Positions 24,409 through 35,380 of a stretch of DNA of 64,000 bases are shown in pieces (position 1 is the stretch's first letter; every line of letters begins with the position of its first letter). The translations under genes and the position numbers were made by a program. The notes under the pieces were generated by a model. That model was not told where the DNA came from. It saw only the letters and a list, made by a program, of their open reading frames with translations, and made no database searches. The DNA comes from Anthoceros angustus. Its lineage: Eukaryota > Plantae > Anthocerotophyta. The stretch lies in assembly GCA_010909165.1 (NCBI GenBank), contig MU008152.1:62001-126000 (forward strand), given 5' to 3'.

Positions 24409-27400
24409 TCACTTGCTGATGTCACTTGAGTGGTCAGGAGGGGCCTCATCTGCTGCCCCTGACGCCAGTGCCAGAGCCTCCTCCAGACCCACCACCACCT
24501 GGCTCATGCTGGGCCTGAGGGACGGGGCCACTTGCACACAGCTCATGGCTACCTCGGCAAACCTCCACACTGAACCCACTCTGTACTTCTCGAGAAGTTT
24601 GGGATCTACCATCGCCTGCAGGTTTCCGGTGTTTATGGCAGCTGGCACCTGAGGGAGATGGGCGAGAAGCAACCGAGAAGCGTACGAGTGTGAGAGAGGT
24701 CTCAGTGAACATGAGAGAGTGGTCGATGATGGGTCAGTTCGTGTGAGGGAGGTCTGGGCAAGAGAAGGACGATAGGGTGGAACCTGGAATTTCTTGCCTG
24801 TTCTGCGAGCACGTAGGTGGCGTCGTCCTCGGATATGGGTGGCCGCCCACAAAGGATTTCCAGAAGCACAACCCCGAAACTGTAGACGTCGCTCATCTCT
24901 GTCAGCATTCCACTCGTCCTGTACCTGCACGGAGCCGTGAGGCTTTAGGGCATCGTACAAAGATTCCTGTTTGACAAGGATGTTGGTTTGATCCAGGGGA
25001 TGATCCTACTCTGGGTCCAAGTATCCCGTATTTTCCTTCACCATGCCATGGGTTCCTCCGTTGTAACCCAGGTTGGTAAGCTGAAAGCCAGCTAACTTAG
25101 CCTCGAGTCTTTCGGTAAGAAGAACCTTGCTGCTGTTCACCCTCCCGTGGAGAATGGCTGGGTTCCAACCATGGAGGTGTTCCAGGCCTGCTCACAAAGT
25201 TTGAAAGAGTGCATAAGAAAGTGGAACCCGTGCTGTCGCCCTACCTTCCAAGAGCCAACTTAAAAGAAGCGGACAGTTTACCTTTTGCAACGTCGATGGC
25301 AATCTTCAGCCTCTGGCTCCACCTCAGAGGAGCTCGTGTAGTCTTGTCACCTGTATGTCGTTCACCAAAGCGAGCTAGAACATTTAAGCCCCTACATTTC
25401 ACAGACCTAGCGAAACATTACTCAACCGAACAATATCTAATCCACCTCCCCTTCACCGATGGATAAAACATTGGCCCCAACCTCTGGGACAAAACTGACA
25501 AATGAATCCATAGGACAGTTGTCTGGAGCAGGGGGTCAGTTTGCAGGACATACCATATAGATGATCACGAAGATCTCCTCCCGACACATATTGGAACAAA
25601 AGCATAAGGTTCTCGCCTTGTAAGCAGTAACCAATGAGGGATATCAGCTTCTCGTTGCAAACTGTAGCCAGAAAATCAATCTGGCAAAGGCCGTAGTTGT
25701 CCATTAGTCAGCAAACACTTAGTTCCTGACAGCCTCGGCGAATACGCCTAGGCAGCTAAAGGTGAATGGTGATTCCTTACCTCCTCTGAGAACTGAGTCA
25801 GGCTTTCATCGAGCTTTCCTGATAGTATCTTCACTGCCACTTCTTGCGAACTGTCTTTCAGGATTCCATAAAAGACAGATCCAGAGGCACCTTCTCCAAC
25901 CTTGTCAGCAAAGCTATTCGTTGCTTCCTCAATAATTTGTAGACTAAACGCTTGAGCCCTTCCTCTGATTTTAGAAGTATAAGTCATCCTCGAGTCTGGA
26001 GAGACCAGGAATGGACACCCACACGTTACGACTCATGAGAAAATAGTATACCAGCATTCACTTGCTGACAGAAGCGCCCCCCATGACCCATGACGCAGGA
26101 AGGTAAGAGGTACCACCTATGTGCACTTGCGGTATTTCTGACGGATCAGGAGCTTGTAATTTACTCTGGCATGACAGTTTATAAAAACTGAACCAGAATA
26201 CAAGTCCGCCAACAGCAAAAAGGACAAAAATGCCTCCAGCAATGATACCAGCAATGACCCAAATATTGGACCCTAGCTTTCTGACGCTGGACCCTGGTGC
26301 TGAATTTGATGGGAGAGGTAGTGGACTTTGTGTGACTGAAGACGGTGCTGGAGGTGCTGGGGGTGCTGGTGGGCAGGTTGCATTATCTGAAGGCACACAG
26401 TTGAGCTGCAGGTTACCTGAGTACCTGCAGTTTTTCGGTTTCGTAGGTGAATAACCTACTCATTTTTAACAAACGGACTCGTGAAATGACAACCTTATCA
26501 CCTGAATCCAGGGATGTGAGTGACATATGTTGCAGGAAAGCTACCACTCAGCTGATTGTTGGAAACATCCCTGTCAGAGACAACAACGGCTTCAACCACC
26601 AGAGTAGCAAGTTTGATGTTAATGGCACACTCTGAAAAAATAAGAAACAAACAGAAGCCCTACTCACAGGGTCCGCAAGGAGTCCAGGTCTGCAACCCAA
26701 CTTGGGAGGGCACCGGTGAAAGCATTATTCGACAAGTTCCTGGGCTCAGTACAAACCCAGCAACAAGCCCAGCAACGTCAGACTTTCGGAGTTGGACTAT
26801 CAACCTCCCATCACAAGATGAATTTCAACAGCAATAACCAAGCACACTCACAGCAGGGTGAGTGCTCCTAGACCAGAGATTTCCGAAGGAATGGAGCCGT
26901 TGAGGCCCTTGCCTGAAAGATCCCTGCAAGCAAATGCCAAAGAAGTGAGGCCAGCAACAAGCAGAGATACGCCTGGTAACGTAACATCACTTGCCCCCCA
27001 GGAGCCAGAATGAAGCTACTTACAAAGATGTCACTCGATCACTCATGTTACAGTTAAGCTCATCCCACGGTACAGGGAAGCAAGGATCACCAGCCCAGTA
27101 CTCGAGTCCAACAGCAGACTTAAGAGCAGTCAGTGCCGTTACTGTTATGAAGCGAACTGCTGTAAGGAGCAGGAGATGCATAAAACGCAGAACAGGCTAA
27201 AAAGCAGGAACTGTTGAGAAGTCCACCTCACCATCTCCTGCATTTGTACCCGAAACCACATCCAAGACCAGGTAAGCCTCAAAAGCATTCACGATGGGAC
27301 CATCAGCTGAGTTGCTGCTTTTCGTTAGGGAAAACGTCAAATTGTCCATCCTAGCAGGTCCCTGGTAATTTCCCCCAACTTGCACAACAGTGAAATCAGG

Positions 27401-28716
27401 TCCATAAGCAGCTAAGTCCAAGGGGTTGACAAGCTTGGATTCAGCTATGAAGTTGGCCCGGAAGTCCATAACACGCCTGCACCATCCAAGATGGGTGTGT
27501 GATGATAAAACGTGCAGATCAAGGTGCAGGATCCCCGTCATCAAATGCCCCCTATCCCAGATTCTCCATACCTTGTTCGTTCTGGGAAAGAGACAATCTC
27601 AGCGAAGAAGACGCTAGCGTACAGCCTTGGAGCAGCAACATCAGGTGGTGAAGTCAAGAACGTGAGGTCGTTCGCAGCCGTAGCAGCAGATTGCATGACA
27701 ATGCTGGGAGGATTATCCCATTGGCGAGAGGAATTGTAATAGAAGACTTGAAATTCGCTCGGATAACCTGGCACAAAGACGTCATCTCTGACCACGACGG
27801 GCTGCCATTTTCGATCATAGGCATCGTCAGGAAACCTGAAATTGTCACACCAGCGCTGGTGTCAGCCCGGCAAGAAACGCACCAGCCTCTGCAATGTCAC
27901 ACACATGTGTCACACGTACCGGAAAGTCTTGGTTGGCTCACCAAAGTTGCACCGCTGTAACAAAGAGAGGAAGACACTGAACGGGTCTGGGTCTGTGTGC
28001 CGGGCAAGGTAGGAGCCTGGACCGAGGGGCCTGAGCTCGAGAGTATTGATGAAAGGAGCACTGCTTTCCTCTGTGCGGATCAGGCAAACGCTGAGTCTCG
28101 TCTTGTTCGTGAGTATGATGGCTTCCGGCTCTTGCAGCAAGTTCTCGGTTGTGTTGATGATCAGTGTGGCCCAAACGGCGGAGTCCAGGGCCAGCTGGAA
28201 GGTGAGGACTGAGGAGGCAGGTGGGTTGACGTAGTAGCCGAAGTAGAACCGAGCTCGGATGAGGTACTGTGTGTTGATGTGCACAGGCAACACGTAGCAG
28301 TTCTTCGTGGGAGTGGAACCTGAAGGGAAGTGCCTGAGTGTCCTGAGATCGTCTTCCGTCCGGTATCCGTCTGTCTTCACGAGTGCTGCGAATCCGGTGG
28401 TGATGTACTTGTCGTACTCGTAGATAATCCCTGTCTCTTGGCTGACGAAAGGCACGGTGCGGCCTGTGTCCCCGGGGTCAGACCCACAGTCGATGCTGAT
28501 GAAGCCTACACATTTCAGATCGTTGTGTGTGAGTTGCATTGTTGCACAGACCCTGAAATGCCACAAGACTTCTCCGGATCGCGTCCCATCTTGCTTACCT
28601 GCTGAGGCGGAGGGGCGAGCAGATGCACAGAAGATGGGCAGCCGAAGGACCAGCATCCACAGGACCGATGCAACCAGGAGCTGGTCCCGGCTGAGAAAAA
28701 GATTTGGCTTCTCCAT
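24409..28716 (-). CDS. Malectin-like/GDPC/LRR receptor-like pseudokinase (RLK4), 15 exons, ~941 aa
   Basis: Exons 28716-28599, 28505-27920, 27835-27572, 27476-27232, 27159-27024, 26923-26852, 26739-26668, 26570-26502, 26424-26117, 25995-25781, 25680-25554, 25350-25282, 25187-25010, 24924-24798 and 24648-24409 sum to 2826 nt and stay in frame. The catalytic loop reads HGRVNSSK and the DFG position reads GFQ. Confidence 0.9.
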
Positions 28717-29149
28717 GCCTCAGGAAGCTGACGTTCTCGAACTTCTGGGAGCAAGCAATCTTGAAAACAGGCCAGCAGTGTGAGCCTGGAGACGCCATGG
28801 AATACCAGCCTCTCGGCAGCCGCGATGTCATCCTGAAGTGGGAAGTGGCGCCCACAGCATCTCATCGAAGACCGCAAGCTTGAGGGTGTGTGTGCCAGCC
28901 GATGCTAGTTGGGAACCGGGCTTCACTGTCGTCCTGTGGAAGGCTTCGCTCCTCGGGTCACGCAACCCATTGCTGGATGCATTGTCAGGTGCCTCAAGGC
29001 ACAAGAACGGACTTCGCGTCAAACCTTTTGATGAAGGTCTTTACCAACACTGCTTTGTGCCAATGTTTGCAAGCTCGGAAAACGAGGGGATCAGCTAGTG
29101 TAGATTATCTGCTGGAGAAGGATCTCCCTGCGGCAAGTTGGATACGGTA

Positions 29150-29390
29150 TTCAGTCTGATTTACCACGAGGAACGTCACCAGCATGAAAGATTTGGGAAG
29201 GCTGGTCAAGCGCAGGCATCTTTACCGATGATTTCCGGCTCATGTTAACCAGTTTGGCTCTCCCAACTCCGTCTCCAACGTCTGAGCTCTGCCACTGCTT
29301 TCTTCATGCCTGGCCAGAATGCATTTGAGAGTTGCCAATCAGCCCATCTTGCTCCTCAACTCTAACTGGTGTGACATCAACCACATCAAG
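29150..29390 (-). pseudogene. Remnant of an RLK last exon
   Basis: RPGMKKAVAEL...TLETELGE and [15 protein letters not shown] resemble the RLK3 C-terminus ([35 protein letters not shown]). Frames are broken. Confidence 0.65.
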
Positions 29391-29399
29391 ACCCTTCCT

Positions 29400-29620
29400 C
29401 TTTCACCTCCTTGTAACTATCGCTGCAGACCTCATCAGCAGCCTCCTTCCCAGTTCCAGTAACGACCCTGGCGAAGGCTTCAAGTGCTGAAGCTCCATCT
29501 TCCAACTTTCGGAATGACCGCGGGAAAAGTGATGACCATGCGAATGTTTCACGCGGGTCGGTGCGGCTGCGGTGTAAAACCTGGCCAAGTAGAAAGAGAG
29601 TTGCCAAACCGACTTCCATC
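29400..29620 (-). pseudogene. PPR-like motif fragment
   Basis: PRETFAWSSLFPRSFRKLEDGASALEAFARV resembles a PLS-class PPR motif. Confidence 0.4.
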
Positions 29621-29639
29621 ATACGTAGTTCGTGCAGAA

Positions 29640-29960
29640 CACGAGGTCACATGGCTCAAGCCTCAAGGCCTGCCGTGGCGTTGGCCCTTCTGTATGGGTA
29701 CTTTCAGAGGGAGAAACCACTGAACCAACCAACGATGTGCAACAGGCCAGGTTTCCTGGGGAGGCACACCGAGATCGGCGTCCACCCATAGCATAGCAAG
29801 CCAAAGCTATGGACATGTGCATTTTGTGGTCTTTGACAACTTGGCCATAAAGGATGTGGTGACATGGAATGCCCTGTTTGCTGGGTATGCACAGCAAGGG
29901 CTCGGCCAAGACGCTCTTGTGCTGTATGGACAAACGGTGCAGGAGGACCTGTTTGCCTGC
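29640..29960 (+). pseudogene. PLS-class pentatricopeptide-repeat (PPR) gene fragment
   Basis: SSLKACRGVG and VFDNLAIKDVVTWNALFAGYAQQGLGQDALVLYGQ are typical PPR motifs. No intact long ORF. Confidence 0.75.
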
Positions 29961-30510
29961 CTTCTGTGGTCCCATTCAGTGATAACAACACAAACTGCAA
30001 GCCGAAGACATTCAAGAAGCGGTTGTGTGGAAGATACATCCAAACAAAGGTTCTGTGAATTCTCGAGGTCCGGTTCACATCAAAACGCTGCCAGCAAGGA
30101 GGCGAGCTCATCCGCGAGCTGTGAGAGGATGACCTGCCCAGACACCAACATCCCCTGTCACCACCGTATTACCCATGGCCCCCCACGTGACGCATGACAA
30201 CGAATGTATGGCCATGACTTGTTTCCTTCACACACATCTTTCATTGTCTGCGAACTGTTCTGCTTTTCCTTCAGTCCGCAACTGCCGTTGCTCAGAATCT
30301 CTTACCTTGCTTTCCAGGGCAATCACCCTGCTCAATGACAACTGATTCCCAGCTTACAAGTGCATCCTCTAGTCCCCATGTATGTTAGCACCACTGGTAC
30401 TCTCCACTCTGCTGGAAAGAACATCCGTGGGTAGCAACCGAGGTGATTTTCTTGATGGGTGGCTGAGGAGCATGCGCAACCCGGCGAGAGACTGGGTACT
30501 GCAAGTAGCG

Positions 30511-33500
30511 CTAACGGGCAGAAGGATCTTCACTGGCATAGAAGATTAAGGACGGCTGGTCGGGAGTTGGGTCTGGGTCATCTCCGCTGAAATCCGTCCC
30601 TCCAGCTGTTTGTCTTCGCGACTCCAGGGCCAAACTGCGGAGCTCACTCACCACCGTCTGCATGCTTGGCCTAGACATGCTGGAAGGCGACACGCATGCC
30701 ATCGCGATGTCCACGTATCTCCACACTGATACCGCAGGGATGTCGGCTTCTCGAAGAACCGGATCCACCACTGATAGCACCGCACCATTGTTCATTGCAG
30801 ACTTCACCTGCGCAGCCGATTCGGAAAAGTCCACGTCTCAATGGCTTTCCACTTCCACAAACCGTGCATTGCTTGCAACTGGTAACTTGCAAGTTTGGAT
30901 CACCTCGTCTACAATGAACTGGCTTTGTTGGATAATGGGCGGATGTCCGCACAGGAGTTCCAGCAGCACAATCCCGAAGCTGTAGACGTCGCTCTTGTGA
31001 TTCAACAGCCCAGTTCTGTTGTATCTGTCACGCTCCCAATATGCCAGCTCAAGACACCAACACAAATCCTAGCCAGCGTTGCTAAACTCTCAGTGGCCAG
31101 TCTACTTACTCAGGATCAAGGTATCCGCAGGTTCCTTTCACCACTGTCACCAGGTTTGATTGCCCGTCTGTCAACTTGGAAAGGCCGAAATCAGCCACTT
31201 TGGCCTCCAGATTCTGGTTCAGCAGAATGTTGCTGCTCTTCACATCCCTATGAATGATGGCTGGATTGCACCCATGGTGCAGGTACTCTAGACCTGCTCC
31301 CACCACGTACTGGCCATGTTCAGACGCCATCCAGTCGTTGCAGAGCTGGGGAAATGACATACTTCCATGGACTCATGAGCTCACCTTTGGCAGCATCCAA
31401 GGCTATCTGCAGCCTTTCACTCCAGGTTAGCGGGTGCTGGAGACCTGGAAGTCACACACTCGTCCGGAGTGAAGTTGTTGATCCCTGTAGTCAGGAATCA
31501 GTGTGCCCAGAATGCCCGCGCATTCACTTACTCTGCAGATTCATTTCTGGACAAGTGCACATAGGATTACCTTGCAGGCGATTCCGAAGGTCCCCTCCTG
31601 ACATGTATTCATAGAGCAGAATAAGCTCCTGTCCTTCCTCGCAGTAACCCAAAAGGTTGACCAGTCTCTTGTGATGTATACTTGACAAAAGGTCAATCTG
31701 TTGGAAACGCAGCACTGAGGAACATGCCTGAAGACGCTCAAAAGGACCACTTTGTTCACACTGTTAATCCAATGGTCCGCTCACCTCGTTGAGGAACTCG
31801 CCAAAGCCTTGCCGTGTCGTTTGAGACATGACTTTTACGGCAACTTCTTGTTGGCCGTCAAGAATCCCATGGTAAACAGGTCCAAATCCACCCTCGCCGA
31901 TTTTTTTTGAGAAATTGGTGGTGGCAACCTTTATAGCTTGCAGCGTGAAGGGTTGAGTTCTGTTTCTTGGTACACGGTGAGCATTTGTTGTTCTGATGAG
32001 ACCTGCCACACTCAAGCCTCAACATCTGTTAAAACTATGCCAGAAAGTGGAGGCTTCTAAAGAGGGATGCAGTATAGTAGTGATTACCAACGTCCATCAA
32101 TGGGGATGGCGGAGTTCGAATTTTCACTGATTTGTCTGCTGTCGCACACATATACCATGTCAGGAGTCCACCTGCAACAAGAAGAACCACAATTGCCCCA
32201 GCCACGCCACCAATGATTGGCCCAGTGGATGTTTTTCCACTTGTCTTGGATGGGGGCGGTGGAGAAGGTGCTGGTGACTGTGGGCAAGCAGCGCTGCTGG
32301 TAGGAACGTCAACGCAGATAAGCAGAGGATTACCAGAATACCTGCGGTGACCACAAATAGGAGCTCCAGGCAATTACAAACAGATGAAGTCTTGCCGAAT
32401 TTGCTCTGAACAGGGGGAAATTGGCTCAAGCTACCATATGTGCTGACCTGAAATTAGAGATCGTAAGGAAGTATGTGGCAGGGAAGGAACCACTCAGGTT
32501 GTTGTTAGAAACATCGCTGCGGACATCACCAAAGACCACGTCAGGCCAAATGGCTAGAATGACAGTGGCAACTGAGCCTTAGCTACTGCTGAAAGCCAAT
32601 GAGAGTTTAGGGGCAACTTACAGTGCCTGCAAGTACAGGTTCCCCACCCAACTCGGAATGGGGCCGACGAGTTGATTCTCTGATAGGTTCCTGAGTCACA
32701 TGTACGTTTGAATGAGGCTAAGAACAAGACACATAACATTCCTGGGTGAAACACTCCGTGTGGAGGTTGGAGTATTTGTACAGACAGGCTGGTGAGTGCT
32801 GTAAGGTTTGAGATGTCTGACGGTATGGAGCCGGTGAGATTCTTCCTGGAAAGGTTCCTGCAGGAAACGGTGACCCAAGAGCCCTTTAGTAGGAGTTGCA
32901 ACAGTATTACAGCGTGTACATCTTTTAAACGTGCTTTTCTGCTTCAAGAGTTCCTCTACTCGTTAATGAGCAACGTACAGTGATGTCACTCGATCCTGAG
33001 TGCAGCCAAGCTCATCCCATGGAACAGGGTCACATGGATCGCCAACCCATTGAGTGTAGCCAAGAGAAGTCTTCAGAGCCGTCAATACAGTCACTGTGTA
33101 CAAAAGCCAAACACAATATTACTAACTGCAAGGAAAAACAACGCTAGCAGAACTGGGAGGAGACGTACAGTGTAAGCAAACGTGGAACAGCATACCATCT
33201 TCAGGATCTGTTCCTGGAAGCACATCTTGGATGATGCAGAACTCCAATGCATTCATGATTGGGTCGTAGGAAGAACTAGGATCCCTGCTGAGGTTGAAAA
33301 GCAGTATCAGCGAGTCACTGGCAGCCATCTCAAAGTCATCGGTTCCAGATTGCAGGACAGTATAGAGGCCATATGCTGTCAAGTTATATATCTCGATCCC
33401 CAATGTAAGAGGCATGAAGTTGGAAATGAGGTCCATAACTCTACTGGCAGCCAACACCCGGTGAACAAGGTGAGCACACCTAAGACATCAATTAGACAGT

Positions 33501-34822
33501 GTACAGCAGGGAAACGATGGAAACTCCAGGAATCTTGCAAATCTCACAACCATTGACCTGCTTCCTGCTGGCAAACCTTCAAGCTCCGCAAAATAGAGCC
33601 GAGAATAGAAACGTGAGGCAGGAAGGGGATTAGTAAATTCAACAGCGAATAGGAGCCAGCCGGGTGAGGTGACAGCGGATTGCATGACCACGCTGGGAGG
33701 AAAGTCGCTGGAAGTTTGCGACGTCGCGGTGAAGTTCATGACTTGATTGGGGTAATTGGGTGCGAAGATGGGCTTCCAATCCTCTCCAGGGGAATCCATT
33801 GGCGGCCATATCCGGTCAAAACTGTCTTGAGGATACCTGCAATCTTGCCAGACGTTTTCACCATTACAGCTTTTCAATCTTGAGCTGAAGACCTGACAAT
33901 GAGCTAGCAGGCCATGTTTAGTTGCAAGCTTGCATGACCTGTACCTGAAAGTTTTATTCTGAAATCCAAAATTGACCCTGAAGACCATGTTGAGGAAGCT
34001 AGAAGAGGGATAGGAGGCATTGATATTCTCAATGTAAGACTGTATCATGATTTCTCTGATCTCCAGGGAGTTGACGAAAGGAGCGTCGGTATCTGCTGTC
34101 CTGATGAGGCAGAAGCTGACACTGGGCTTGGCTGTCCAGACCATAGCCTCCTTCCAAGAGATCGAATCTGGGGAGGTGGTGTCGATGGACACATTTCTCC
34201 ACACCGTGGCATCCAAAGCCAGCTGCCAGAGTGCGGAAACTTGTGAAATCCTCACAGCCACAAACTGAACATTCACAGCTCTGCCCGACCAGAATCGCAA
34301 GGATGCACACACCTGAAACGAAATGGTGCCAGACAACGGAGCAGGAATGTAATTGCCGAAGTAGAACCAAGCTCGGAGAAGGTACTGCGTCTCGTTCTGC
34401 ACGGGAATCACATAGCAGTTCTTGACAGGGGTGGAAGACGCTGGGAAATATCTCAGCGTCTTCAAGTCATCGGTGACCAAAGTGCTAGTGGTTGTGTTTG
34501 CGATTTCTCCTGTCGTGATGAAATTGTCGTTGATGAAGACGTAATTGGTGTTGGGATTGGTGTACGGTGTCGATCCAGGAGCAGAGCCACAGTCGATGCT
34601 AAGGTCTGAACAAGCCCGAGCACAATCACGCGCAACATTCGCCCATCTTCAGCGCCAGATTACTCGTTAATAACAAAATGCAACCAGCAACGATCTCATC
34701 TGCTGCAGACCTGTCGGGCGCACTTGCGCGGAGACGAAGGGGCCGGGGCCGCCTTGAAACAAGCTCTGCCACGAAACGCAATTCCAGAAAAGAAGGAGAA
34801 TTCGAAGCAGTCGAATCCCCAT
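30511..34822 (-). CDS. Malectin-like/GDPC/LRR receptor-like kinase, LRR-I type (RLK5), about 16 exons
   Basis: Exon 1 is 34822-34711 ([18 protein letters not shown]). LSIDCG, WVGDPC, three LRR exons, [23 protein letters not shown]. Kinase motifs [31 protein letters not shown]. Stop at 30511. Confidence 0.93.
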
Positions 34823-35380
34823 GCCTCCTCGCCGCAATGGGCTTTCCTTCCGCCCACAACCCAGAAATTCTCCCAAGCTGGAGAAGAATGTCGACCCGCA
34901 AGCTGATTCCAAGCCAGACGCAAGATTGGGCTCCGGCCGATTATCCTACAGGGTGCTGGAGTCACTGCGTGGAAGGTTACAAAAAGCAAGAGGCTACAGG
35001 AAATGCAGCGGCCTGGCAGCTTCCAGCTTCACAGCTTGGGTACACAGAGATGTCAAATCGTTCTCTGATTCGTCCCTGCGACGGAAACCAGATTTCGGCA
35101 GATAGTGCCGACATTGCGTGCACATGATTTGCAAGCTCAGAAATTTTCCAGGGGAGGTGGCATGAGCATCGTACCGACTTCAGCAACCCACGTCCGAGAA
35201 GGCTGGCGCGAACCTTATCGTGCGTTTTGACTATCGCACTTCCAAGATTTATGCATGCACGCTCCATGTTTTTAAGCAATTTCATCCATCACGCGGTTCG
35301 CGTTGTCCCGCCATTCCCTTTTTATAATAGAATTATTGATTACATATCCTCTAATAATATAATATTTTAAATATTATCAT

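Noticed and set aside
1560-29210. W-boxes (TTGACC/T) upstream of the RLKs suggesting control by the nearby WRKY
   Set aside because: Only single hits (~1564, ~8964, ~23954, ~29204), about the frequency expected by chance for a 6-mer.
9230-34822. Calling any of the RLKs SYMRK
   Set aside because: The malectin-like + GDPC + LRR layout is shared across LRR-I kinases. Orthology needs a phylogeny, and a divergent tandem array is unlike single-copy SYMRK.
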